NCBI GenBank assembly: GCA_945952115.1
Contig: CAMFHA010000001.1
Location: 3,579 to 67,578, forward strand
Direction: 5' to 3'
Length of the DNA: 64,000 nt
Source: an uncultured Legionella sp.
GTDB taxonomy: Bacteria > Pseudomonadota > Gammaproteobacteria > Legionellales > Legionellaceae
This document shows, in pieces, positions 27,420 to 36,744 of the stretch. Position numbers and translations under genes: made by a program. Every line of letters begins with the position of its first letter. Positions within the stretch are counted from its first letter, which is position 1. A model generated the notes under the pieces. It ran no database searches. It worked only from the letters and a program-made list of their open reading frames with translations, and was not told where the DNA came from.

Positions 27420-29999
27420 ATGAAAAGTTCTGAAATTAGACAAGTCTTTTTGGATTATTTTATCCAGCGTGGTCATCATTTAGTAGAGTCAAGCTCTTTA
27501 ATTCCCGGTAATGATCCCACTTTATTATTTACTAATGCAGGCATGGTGCAATTTAAAGAGACGTTTTTAGGCCTTGAGTCCCGTTCTTACAACAGAGCAG
27601 TAAGTTCTCAACGTTGTGTACGTGCTGGTGGTAAACACAATGATTTAGAAAATGTAGGTTATACAGCACGTCATCATACCTTTTTTGAAATGTTAGGAAA
27701 TTTTAGTTTTGGTGATTATTTTAAACGTGAAGCGATTCAATTTGCTTGGGATTTTCTGACCAAAGTGCTTGGCTTACCTGAAGAGCGTTTATGGGTTACT
27801 GTATATAAAGAGGATAAAGAAGCAGAAGATATTTGGTTAAAAGAAATGCAAGTCTCTTCTGCACGATTTTCTCGTTGTGGGGAAAAAGATAATTTTTGGT
27901 CGATGGGTGATACTGGACCTTGTGGACCTTGTACCGAGATATTTTATGATCATGGCCCTGACGTGGCAGGTGGCCCACCAGGTAGTCCTAATGAAGAAGG
28001 CGATCGCTATATAGAAATATGGAATTTAGTGTTCATGCAGTTCAATCGAGACAAGCAGGGCACATTACATCCTTTACCAAAACCTTCTGTAGATACAGGC
28101 ATGGGCTTAGAGCGTCTTGCAGCAGTAGTGCAAGGTGTTCATAGTAATTATGAAATTGATAGCTTTCAATATTTAATTCGTGCTATTGCTCAATTAGGCC
28201 ATCATATTGATTTAACTAATACTTCATTAAAAGTAATTGCTGATCATATTCGCTCTTGCTCCTTCTTAATTGTAGATGGGGTAATACCTGGCAATGAAGG
28301 ACGTGGCTATGTGTTGCGTCGTATTATTCGGCGAGCGGTGCGTCATGGAAACAAATTAGGCTTACCCACTCCATTTTTTTCTAAATTAGTCCAACCTTTA
28401 ATTGACGTGATGGGCGAGGCTTATCCCGAATTAATTGCAGCTAAAACTCAAGTGGAAAACATTTTAGCGCAAGAAGAAAATCAATTTGCTCGTACTTTGG
28501 AACAAGGTTTGCGGTTATTGCAAGAGCAAATTCAAATTTTAAATGGAAAAGAAATTTCTGGTCAAGTTGCTTTTAAACTATATGATACTTATGGTTTTCC
28601 TATTGATTTGACTGCAGATATTGCGCGCGAGCATGATTTGCAAGTCGATATGATTGGCTTTGAGCAATTGATGCAAGCACAAAGAGCTCAGTCGCAGGCT
28701 GCTAGTCAATTTACTAGTGATTACCATGCTTCTTCAACACTCGATTATAACTCTGAATTTCATGGTTATGATAAGAATTTGTTAGAAGCTAGCGTCATTG
28801 CTTTATTAAAAGAAGGAAAAGAAGTTGAAGAGTTAAAATTCGGAACTAAAGGGGCTCTTATTCTGGATCATACTCCTTTTTATGCAGAAAGCGGTGGGCA
28901 AATAGGAGATAGAGGATACATCCAGGGAAATGGAGTGCAATTTAGAGTAGACGATACACAAAAATTAGGACAAGCAGTGGTTCATTATGGAGAGGTTATC
29001 CAAGGAGCCCTGGTTCTTAATCAAACAGTTCATGCAGAAATAGATAAAAAACGTCGGGAAGCTATTCGTCTAAATCATACGGCTACTCATTTGTTGCATG
29101 CAGCCTTAAAGAAAATAGTAGGCTCTCATGTACAACAAAAAGGCTCTTTAGTTGATGCCGAACGAGCACGCTTTGATTTCTCGCATTTTGAAGCTTTAAG
29201 TGCAGAGCAAATACAACAAATCGAATTTTTAGTTAATGAACAGATTCGTGCGAATAATCCAGTAGAAACTCAATTAATGGATATTGAGTTAGCCAAAAAA
29301 AGCGGGGCAGTAGCTCTATTTGGTGAAAAATATACGGAGAAGGTTCGTGTATTAACGATGGGGGCTTTCTCTAAAGAATTATGCGGTGGTACTCATGCTC
29401 GTTATACAGGCGATATTGGTTTATTTAAAATTACTACAGAGTATGGTATTGCAAGTGGAGTACGTCGAATCGAAATGGTGACTGGTGCTTATGCTTTAGC
29501 ATGGGTTAATGAGCAACAAAATTTACTCAATGAGCTTGCTGGACAATTAAAAACGTCCATTCCTTTAATAAAAGAAAAATTAACTCAAGTTTTAATAGAC
29601 AATAAAAATAAAGAAAAAGAAATTGCATGTTTTCTACACGAAAAAGCTCAGCAATCAGGGGCTGAGATGTTAAATGAAGTAGAAAAAATAAAAGAGGTTA
29701 ACTTATTAATTAAACAGATGGATGGAGTAGATAATCAAACTATGAGAACTACTCTTGATCAACTGAAATCAAAGCTTGAACCTGCAGTTATTGTGTTATA
29801 TACGCTAGATCAACAAAAAATAAATGTTATAGCGGGCGTAAGTAAATCGCTCATAGGAAAAACGCCTACAGCAGCCGAGCTAGTAAGACATCTTTGTGGA
29901 AAAGGTGGTGGTCGTGATGATATGGCTCAAGGAGGTGGCCTAGCTCCTTCCGATCTAGAAGATAGAGTGAAACAAATTAAATTAATGATTAGAAATTAA
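27420..29999 (+). CDS. alaS: Alanine--tRNA ligase
   Basis: 859 aa with HHTFFEMLGNFSFGDYFK, the editing domain HTATHLLHAAL and C-terminal GKGGGRDDMAQGGG. Confidence 0.98.
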   Translation: MKSSEIRQVFLDYFIQRGHHLVESSSLIPGNDPTLLFTNAGMVQFKETFLGLESRSYNRAVSSQRCVRAGGKHNDLENVGYTARHHTFFEMLGNFSFGDYFKREAIQFAWDFLTKVLGLPEERLWVTVYKEDKEAEDIWLKEMQVSSARFSRCGEKDNFWSMGDTGPCGPCTEIFYDHGPDVAGGPPGSPNEEGDRYIEIWNLVFMQFNRDKQGTLHPLPKPSVDTGMGLERLAAVVQGVHSNYEIDSFQYLIRAIAQLGHHIDLTNTSLKVIADHIRSCSFLIVDGVIPGNEGRGYVLRRIIRRAVRHGNKLGLPTPFFSKLVQPLIDVMGEAYPELIAAKTQVENILAQEENQFARTLEQGLRLLQEQIQILNGKEISGQVAFKLYDTYGFPIDLTADIAREHDLQVDMIGFEQLMQAQRAQSQAASQFTSDYHASSTLDYNSEFHGYDKNLLEASVIALLKEGKEVEELKFGTKGALILDHTPFYAESGGQIGDRGYIQGNGVQFRVDDTQKLGQAVVHYGEVIQGALVLNQTVHAEIDKKRREAIRLNHTATHLLHAALKKIVGSHVQQKGSLVDAERARFDFSHFEALSAEQIQQIEFLVNEQIRANNPVETQLMDIELAKKSGAVALFGEKYTEKVRVLTMGAFSKELCGGTHARYTGDIGLFKITTEYGIASGVRRIEMVTGAYALAWVNEQQNLLNELAGQLKTSIPLIKEKLTQVLIDNKNKEKEIACFLHEKAQQSGAEMLNEVEKIKEVNLLIKQMDGVDNQTMRTTLDQLKSKLEPAVIVLYTLDQQKINVIAGVSKSLIGKTPTAAELVRHLCGKGGGRDDMAQGGGLAPSDLEDRVKQIKLMIRN

Positions 30000-30007
30000 G
30001 TGCTTAT

Positions 30008-31714
30008 TCAAGAAGTAGTTGGCTTATACTCAAAATTGAACGGTCTCAAAGACTCTATATCTTCGTAATCTATTAAGGTTTGTGCTGTATATCGGTTTTG
30101 ATAAAAAATGCCGTTGTATTTAGAGCATTCTTGAACGGCTTTTTTATTAATATCAGATAAAATCTCATCTTGATTTTTTTGCTTTAAGTGCAGTTCTACG
30201 GCACAAGTTAATGCAAATGCACGAGAGGTTTTTTGATTTCTCTCAACATCTTCTTTAATGAGCTCATATAAGAGCCCAGGATTTTTTTCTTTAGCATATT
30301 TTTTTAAATAAGGATCATTTTTAATACCTTGAGCATTTAAAAAAGTTTTATATAGTGCTAAATAATCATAACAAAGAGATGTATAAAAATTCTGATGATC
30401 TTGAGTAAAGTTATATAAAGTAAGATGATTAATAGTATCTAAATAATATAAAGCTACAGAAGTTCTCTTGGTATTCTCAGCCTCTTGAAAATTATTACCT
30501 ACTAAAGGTGAATATAAAACAACTGTATTAAATGAATAAAAAGCTCTAAGACGTTGGCACAAGGCCTCGAATAAAGTTGCAATATGTAGAGGAAAACCAA
30601 TCATTAATTTAATGATTGGAGCAAAATAATTTAATATCCAAATAGGGGAGTAATTTCCTAAAATAGAGGGTATGTGTTTGCGTAATGTTAACTGAGTATA
30701 AAAATTAATTAAATAGGGAGTAAAGCCTTTTAAGTCAGTAGGTACTTTATCTTCGGAGATATTTAATTGTTTAAAAGATAAGAAATTTTGAATCTCTGGA
30801 GAAGAAAAAATACGATAATGAACTTGTTTAGATTGTGCGTCAAGCCAAATGAAGATTGAAGATTCATTGAGATCAGCTTGCCCGGCTTCTTCCATTTCTT
30901 TTTTCCTAGTGCAAAAATGAATTTTAGGGGCAGGAGGTCCAAAAAGAGTTCTTTGCCAAATATTCCCTAAAAAACTTGGGCCAGGACCAAAAACAAAGAG
31001 TAGTCTTTTAGCTTGTCGTTCTGGAGAGTCCTGATCAAAATATTCACTGGGCAATGGATCGCCACAACCTCCATCTAAATGTCTTATTCCATTTAATTGA
31101 AAAGGCTTAAATATAAATGGCAAGGCTGAAGAAGCAGCGCACGCTTCTGCAATAGAGTGATGTGGTGTTTTTTTAGCATTATACAGATGTAATATTTTAT
31201 TGCCTTTATCAGATGAAGTAGAAGTAATTATGAGATTTTTAAATTTTTCAGGGTATTTTTGATGTAATAAATCTAAGTCACAAAAAGTTACTTGATAATC
31301 TTCTTGTTCTAATTTATCAAGTAAGTCGCGCAAAGAAGGAGATAGCGTGTCATTTTGCTCTTTTCTAAGGTGTTTTTTAATATGTTTGACTAAATAAGCA
31401 TTCAAAAAAATTTTTAATGGGTTTAAACTTAAATGAACAGGCAATATGGCTTCATCAATTTTTAATAATTTTATTATATTTTGATTTAAAATATCTTCAT
31501 TTAACTCGTCTAGTTCAGGTCCTACCGCAAATAAGGTGGCAGTTAAAGAACCTACAGAAGTTCCTGCTAAAGTTTTTATACCTTGCCAAATGCAAGTATT
31601 CTTTCCATAGGCTTTAGTATTTTTTAATGCATAATAAACACCTGGCAGTCCATTACCTCTTGCTCCTCCACCATTAAAAACAAGTTCTTCAATTTGGCGA
31701 TCAAATTCAACCAT
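30008..31714 (-). CDS. Patatin-like phospholipase, VipD-like (effector-like)
   Basis: Oxyanion GGGARG, nucleophile elbow GTSVGS and catalytic HLDGG, followed by a ~300-aa non-lipase C-terminal extension as in VipD-type proteins. Confidence 0.8.
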   Translation of the reverse strand: MVEFDRQIEELVFNGGGARGNGLPGVYYALKNTKAYGKNTCIWQGIKTLAGTSVGSLTATLFAVGPELDELNEDILNQNIIKLLKIDEAILPVHLSLNPLKIFLNAYLVKHIKKHLRKEQNDTLSPSLRDLLDKLEQEDYQVTFCDLDLLHQKYPEKFKNLIITSTSSDKGNKILHLYNAKKTPHHSIAEACAASSALPFIFKPFQLNGIRHLDGGCGDPLPSEYFDQDSPERQAKRLLFVFGPGPSFLGNIWQRTLFGPPAPKIHFCTRKKEMEEAGQADLNESSIFIWLDAQSKQVHYRIFSSPEIQNFLSFKQLNISEDKVPTDLKGFTPYLINFYTQLTLRKHIPSILGNYSPIWILNYFAPIIKLMIGFPLHIATLFEALCQRLRAFYSFNTVVLYSPLVGNNFQEAENTKRTSVALYYLDTINHLTLYNFTQDHQNFYTSLCYDYLALYKTFLNAQGIKNDPYLKKYAKEKNPGLLYELIKEDVERNQKTSRAFALTCAVELHLKQKNQDEILSDINKKAVQECSKYNGIFYQNRYTAQTLIDYEDIESLRPFNFEYKPTTS

Positions 31715-31801
31715 ATTTTGCCTATGTAGATTATTATTTGTTCTATTTTATGTTTTTTACAGTGCTTTGTAAATATTTTAATCCAGCAAATTTCTTCGTA
31801 A

Positions 31802-31829
31802 ATTAATATTCTATTTAATATTCTATAAT
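31802..31829 (+). promoter_or_regulatory. Tandem direct repeat aTTAATATTcta/tTTAATATTc abutting a TATAAT box (PmrA-box-like)
   Basis: TTAATATT at 31803-31810 and 31815-31822, TATAAT at 31824-29. The period is 12 nt, not the 11 nt I recall for PmrA boxes. Confidence 0.35.
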
Positions 31830-31962
31830 GTAGTAGAGGATAACATTAGATTTATTTTAAACTAAATGTTTAAAACATGACTTGCAAAAAACAAGATCGA
31901 GGTAAAAGAATGTTTTAATAAGGGAGTTTTTCGTAAGTCCTGTAAAAAATAAGGAGATTAAG

Positions 31963-32163
31963 ATGCTCTACATTTTATTGAACTTAATTGCGTTAATTAT
32001 TGTGGCTGGAGTAGGTCTTTGGTTAATTAATGCGTTTATTCCCATGGCTCCCATGATTAAAAGCCTATTGAACTTTTTGATATTGATTGTATTAATTATT
32101 TATATTTTGCAGTTTTTTAATATTATTCATCCTATTTTTCCAATGGTGAAGATCTTGAAGTAG
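31963..32163 (+). CDS. Small hydrophobic membrane protein (2 predicted TM helices)
   Basis: 66 aa, almost entirely hydrophobic. AAGGAG lies 7 nt upstream of the ATG. Confidence 0.5.
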   Translation: MLYILLNLIALIIVAGVGLWLINAFIPMAPMIKSLLNFLILIVLIIYILQFFNIIHPIFPMVKILK

Positions 32164-32175
32164 AAATAAGCCTTG

Positions 32176-32892
32176 TTAGATTTTCATTTTTTTATAAATA
32201 AAGAAAGGCAATGAACGAATGATGAGCATTATTAAAATCCAAAATTTTGGAAAGTAAATTAACCGCTTATGATTTTTAATTGCCTTCCAACACGCTTTAG
32301 CACATGCCTTTGGGGGGGCTGCATAAAATACACCGGGTAATCCATAAGTTTGTTTTGTATCAATGAATCCTAATTTTGCAATGCAAATATGCTGTGTTTC
32401 AGAGGCTGCTTGTTGTAAGCCTTGTAAATAAATTTCAATAGCTGCTTTAGTTCCCCCATAAAGACTATTTTTTGCACGGCCTCGACAAGAAGCTACCGAG
32501 CTCAAATAGAGAAGATGATGTTTTTTTTGTTTTAAATTTAAATAGTGATTAATTAATAAAGTAGTGGCTAGTATATTAGTTTTTATAATGTGATTAATTG
32601 TCTTAACAGTTAAATGTTGGTTATCAGTAAAATCACTATGGGCTATGAATAAATCAATTTCACCTTCTATAGTATCTAATAGAATTAATAATTCTTTGAT
32701 TTCATGATTAAAATCACAGCTCAGATAGTTGCAAGCAATAGAATAACGAAGCTCTAAATCATGACTAATCAGTATTAGCTGCTCTGAATTTCTACCGATC
32801 AAATATAAATTATAGTTTTTTTCTGCGGCAAGATGAGCAAAGTGTTCAGCAATAATAGAGGTAGCACCGATAATAACCCAAGTTCTTTTCAT
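32176..32892 (-). CDS. Short-chain dehydrogenase/reductase, DprE2-like
   Basis: GATSIIA cofactor loop and SSVAS...YGGTKAA (S-YxxxK) catalytic residues. Its start overlaps the stop of the upstream FAD oxidase by 4 nt. Confidence 0.65.
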   Translation of the reverse strand: MKRTWVIIGATSIIAEHFAHLAAEKNYNLYLIGRNSEQLILISHDLELRYSIACNYLSCDFNHEIKELLILLDTIEGEIDLFIAHSDFTDNQHLTVKTINHIIKTNILATTLLINHYLNLKQKKHHLLYLSSVASCRGRAKNSLYGGTKAAIEIYLQGLQQAASETQHICIAKLGFIDTKQTYGLPGVFYAAPPKACAKACWKAIKNHKRLIYFPKFWILIMLIIRSLPFFIYKKMKI

Positions 32893-34190
32893 TTTATTAT
32901 TCCTAAACGTCGAGCTAGATTTGAATCCATTGGTAAGTGATAATCTGCTAGTAATTGAGCAAAGTTAGCATGATGTTTATACATTGGTTCGTATTGTTCT
33001 GCAGTTAATAATAAATCTTTTGCTAAATAGACTCTCCCTTGACTCTCAACAATAAATTGATTCATTTTTTTTATAGCTTGGTGTGCTTGTTGATTATTTA
33101 TAAAATCAATAGCAATAGTAATACCAGGCCTACAAAATGACAGCAATCCTTCTCCAGGCTGAGTAAATAATTTTAATACTGCTAAAGTAGGAACGGCATT
33201 GCATTCTCTTAAAATAACTATTAACCGCTCTAAAATAGAAACAGCATGTTCTGTAGGGAAAACAGCTTGAAATTGTAATAATCCTTTTTTACCGTATAAA
33301 CGATTCCAATGACGCAGATTATCCAAAGGATTATTAAATTGCTCTAAGCTTAAATGTTCTTCAAGTGCCTTCCTATGAAAATAATAACTATTGAACCATT
33401 TCATATTCCATTGATGAATTAGCTTGATAGGAAGGAGAGGGATGAAATAAGTTTTTTTTTCCTGTAGTTCAAAAGAAGGAATATGATTGGCTAATGATAA
33501 GCATCCTCGGGGGTTTTCATTTAATAAGTCAAGCCAAGCGACTTGATAATCATAACGAAGACCTTCTGTATTCATTTTCTCTAAAAGAGAAGGGATTGTT
33601 ATAAAAGATTCATTTTTAACTTTAACACAATGAGAGGCTTTTTTTAAGCGCACGGCTAAGCGAGTTATTACGCCAGTTAAGCCTAAACCGCCGATAGTTG
33701 CATAAAATAAATCACTGTATTCTGTTCGACTACAACGAATAAGTTGATTTTGAATAAAAAGCTCAATCCATTCTACATGATGACCAAAACTTTTTTCTTG
33801 ATGATTATTTTTACCATGCACATCATTTGCAAGAGCGCCTCCAAGTGTTGCATAAAGCGTCCCTGGAATAACAGGAGGAATAAATTCAGAATGCAGTGAC
33901 AGTAACTCTTTAAAAGTAATTCCAGCTTGGCATATCACTAATCCTGAATTCGGCTCAAAACTAATAAAGTGATTAAAACGCTGCGTATTAATTGTCACCC
34001 CTTTATTATTCAAACAGCAATCGCTGTAGCTTAATCCTGCTCCTCGAGCTAAAACAGTCTGCGATTGATGCGTCGTGAGATAGTTAAACAACTCTTTTTC
34101 TGTATCAGGCCTTATGCATAGAGAGTCACTGGAAACGGCATGACTGAAGGTAGTTAAATTTATTTTTTTTGTATGCATTCTTTTTATCAC
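32889..34190 (-). CDS. FAD-binding (PCMH-type) oxidoreductase, DprE1-like
   Basis: ARGAGLSYSDCCLN and GGLGLTG FAD-binding motifs. 433 aa. Translationally coupled to the SDR, as in dprE1-dprE2. Confidence 0.65.
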   Translation of the reverse strand: MIKRMHTKKINLTTFSHAVSSDSLCIRPDTEKELFNYLTTHQSQTVLARGAGLSYSDCCLNNKGVTINTQRFNHFISFEPNSGLVICQAGITFKELLSLHSEFIPPVIPGTLYATLGGALANDVHGKNNHQEKSFGHHVEWIELFIQNQLIRCSRTEYSDLFYATIGGLGLTGVITRLAVRLKKASHCVKVKNESFITIPSLLEKMNTEGLRYDYQVAWLDLLNENPRGCLSLANHIPSFELQEKKTYFIPLLPIKLIHQWNMKWFNSYYFHRKALEEHLSLEQFNNPLDNLRHWNRLYGKKGLLQFQAVFPTEHAVSILERLIVILRECNAVPTLAVLKLFTQPGEGLLSFCRPGITIAIDFINNQQAHQAIKKMNQFIVESQGRVYLAKDLLLTAEQYEPMYKHHANFAQLLADYHLPMDSNLARRLGIIK

Positions 34191-34293
34191 TTGTACTATA
34201 AGTAGAATTTAGTGTTGCATGAATTATTTGCAATGAACACTATTGAAGCGAAAACAGCCTATAATTTAATGAAGGCCATTGCAAGGAGCAACT

Positions 34294-34533
34294 ATGTTGC
34301 ATTTAAGTAATAAAGTATTTATCACTGCGAGTATATTGTTCTCATTAACTAGCTTTGCGGCGGATCTTCCCCAAGTAGATATTGAATCACAAAAATTCAA
34401 TAAAGAACAATGTGTAAATAATAATACTCAAAATTGTATTAATGACCAGTGTTTAACTTCAGAAGCAACTGATTGTCAAGCGCAATGTCAAAAAAAAGCA
34501 ACGGCAGTATGTGAGCAACAAGCAGATGAATAA
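34294..34533 (+). CDS. Small secreted Cys-rich protein
   Basis: Signal peptide ITASILFSLTSFA|AD and 6 Cys in a ~55-aa mature part. AAGGAG upstream of ATG 34294. Confidence 0.45.
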   Translation: MLHLSNKVFITASILFSLTSFAADLPQVDIESQKFNKEQCVNNNTQNCINDQCLTSEATDCQAQCQKKATAVCEQQADE

Positions 34534-34602
34534 AATTTGAAGTTATTCACTATAATTAGACTAAGTGAAGTATTCAACAGCTGTTATTGTAAGGAGAGTA
34601 TC

Positions 34603-35322
34603 GTGGATGCTTTAGCTGCATATAGCAAAACAAATCAACAAACTCAAGAAAATTTGGTTCAAGCACATGCGATATTAGTTAAACGAATTGCGTATCATTT
34701 GATGAGCCGTTTGCCTCAATCTATACAACTGGATGATTTAATTCAAGCCGGCATGATTGGATTGCTGGAGGCAGGGCGAAATTATGATGCTTCTAAAGGG
34801 GCTTCTTTTGAAACTTATGCAGGAATACGTATAAAAGGGCATATGCTAGATGAAGTGCGTCAGAATGATTGGGTTCCTCGTTCAGTGCATCGCAACTCTA
34901 GAAAGATTGCAGAAGCAGTACAATATATAGAGAATCAACTAGGTCGTGAGGCAAAAGATAGTGAGATTGCTCATAAACTTGAAATTTCACTTACAGAATA
35001 TTACGAAATGCTGCAAGACTCAGTAGGAAGTCATCTTTATGGATTTGATGATTTAGGCGTTACTGAAGACGTTTTATATAATACTGAGGAAGGACATTAT
35101 AATATAGAACCACAAATTAGAGTGGTGAACGATAATCTAATGTCTCATTTAAATGAGATTATTGATGGCCTTCCAAAAAATGAACACCTTGCCTTGTCTT
35201 TGTATTTTGAACATGATTTAAACTTAAAAGAAATCGGCGATATTATCGGTGTTAGTGAGTCACGAGTTTCTCAAATCTTAAGCCAAGCAATTCTTCATAC
35301 TCGAGCGCGACTACCCGATTAA
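34603..35322 (+). CDS. fliA: RNA polymerase sigma-28 factor FliA
   Basis: DALAAYSK...[27 protein letters not shown], and region 4 [21 protein letters not shown] start at 34603 with AAGGAG 6 nt upstream. The stop overlaps the pyrE stop (TTAA). Confidence 0.9.
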   Translation: MDALAAYSKTNQQTQENLVQAHAILVKRIAYHLMSRLPQSIQLDDLIQAGMIGLLEAGRNYDASKGASFETYAGIRIKGHMLDEVRQNDWVPRSVHRNSRKIAEAVQYIENQLGREAKDSEIAHKLEISLTEYYEMLQDSVGSHLYGFDDLGVTEDVLYNTEEGHYNIEPQIRVVNDNLMSHLNEIIDGLPKNEHLALSLYFEHDLNLKEIGDIIGVSESRVSQILSQAILHTRARLPD

Positions 35323-35954
35323 TTACAACCATATTTTTCATAATAAATTTGCATTTTTTTAAGTTCCTCTTTGTAGTTATTTGTTTTTAAGTAATCAATT
35401 AAATCAAAAAAATCAATAATCGAATACACATTAATCCCTTGGTCAGCAATTTCAGAAAGAGCAGATTTACTTGTTTGGCCCTTTTCACAACGGTTAAGAG
35501 CAATAATCACACCGGTAAGTTGCCCCCCATGCTGTTTGATTAAGGATTGTGCTTCTCTAAAAGCAGTTCCTGCAGTAATTACATCATCAATAATAATAGT
35601 TTTTCCACTTAAAGGCGCGCCAATTAATTGTCCTCCTTCACCATGATCTTTTATTTCTTTACGATTAAAAGTAACCGTGATGTCTTTATTATTTTGACTT
35701 AAAGCAATTGCTGTAGCGGTAGCTAAAGGCAAGCCCTTATAAGCAGGCCCAAATAAGTGATCTAAGTCAACTTGATTTTCTAACAGCGTTTGCGCATAAA
35801 ATGTTCCTAGTTGGCATAAAGCATGGCCAGTATAAAATAGGCCTGCATTAAAAAAATAAGGGCTAATACGACCCGACTTTAAAGTAAACTCACCAAATTT
35901 TAAAACCTGAGATTCAAGAGCTAATTTTATAAAAGCTGATTTCGTATCATTCAT
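35319..35954 (-). CDS. pyrE: Orotate phosphoribosyltransferase
   Basis: [18 protein letters not shown] and PRPP loop [13 protein letters not shown]. Confidence 0.95.
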   Translation of the reverse strand: MNDTKSAFIKLALESQVLKFGEFTLKSGRISPYFFNAGLFYTGHALCQLGTFYAQTLLENQVDLDHLFGPAYKGLPLATATAIALSQNNKDITVTFNRKEIKDHGEGGQLIGAPLSGKTIIIDDVITAGTAFREAQSLIKQHGGQLTGVIIALNRCEKGQTSKSALSEIADQGINVYSIIDFFDLIDYLKTNNYKEELKKMQIYYEKYGCN

Positions 35955-36185
35955 TGTGTATTCCTAAAGTAAAAAATTTTTAAAAACACTGAGATAATTG
36001 AAAAAAATCCTTAACAATCAACAAAAAACTGATATGCTAATTAAACAGCAATTCAATGGATGCTGTTTGAAATGTCATTATACGCAAATTGCTTATTATT
36101 TTAAGTAGCATGAAGCGTTATAGACATTTTGGGTATAGTAATAAATATTAAAGAAATACTGAGTTTATGACAAAGGGGATAGCTA

Positions 36186-36404
36186 ATGTCGCAAAGAGAA
36201 ACAGGCCAGGTTAAATGGTTTAATGAAAAAAAAGGATTTGGTTTTATTATAAATCAACAAGGCGATGATATTTTTGTACATTACAAAGACATTCAAGGTG
36301 CTGGATTTAAGACCTTACATGAGAATGACCTGGTTACTTTTGTGCTTGATAAAGGACCGAAAGGGTTAAAGGCGCAAGAAGTAGTTCTAGCTTCTGCTGA
36401 ATAA
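36186..36404 (+). CDS. CspA-family cold-shock protein
   Basis: GQVKWFNEKKGFGFI (RNP1) and DIFVHY (RNP2). Long leader. Confidence 0.9.
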   Translation: MSQRETGQVKWFNEKKGFGFIINQQGDDIFVHYKDIQGAGFKTLHENDLVTFVLDKGPKGLKAQEVVLASAE

Positions 36405-36460
36405 GCATCAGCGCCTACGTATACAAAAAGCTTGTCTTTACGTGAACGTTGGCGTTTGCT

Positions 36461-36595
36461 TTACCGAAAGTGTAACTGCTCGCACGTCATCCTGAGTCGC
36501 TTGCGACGAAAGATCTCCGAATAAAGCACTGTGCTTAATTCAGGAGATCCTTCGTTCCACTCAAAATGTCGGGACGAGCAGTTACTCGAAAGTAA
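36461..36595. repeat. 135-bp nested palindromic element carrying the GTCATCCTGAG motif
   Basis: Outer arms ttaccgaaagtgtaactgctcg and cgagcagttactcgaaagtaa. Inner arms cgacgaaagatctccgaat and attcaggagatccttcgttc. It creates the spurious ORF 36461..36643. Confidence 0.75.
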
Positions 36596-36744
36596 GTATA
36601 TTAAATAGCTATATTTAAAATATTGAGAAATTTTTTTAATCACTTTACATCGTTCGGTAATCCAAACGTTATACGCATTTATTTAACGTATTAGCTTTAA
36701 TTATTATATAGGTAACTCCTGAAATAAGCACAGGAATTGATTAA

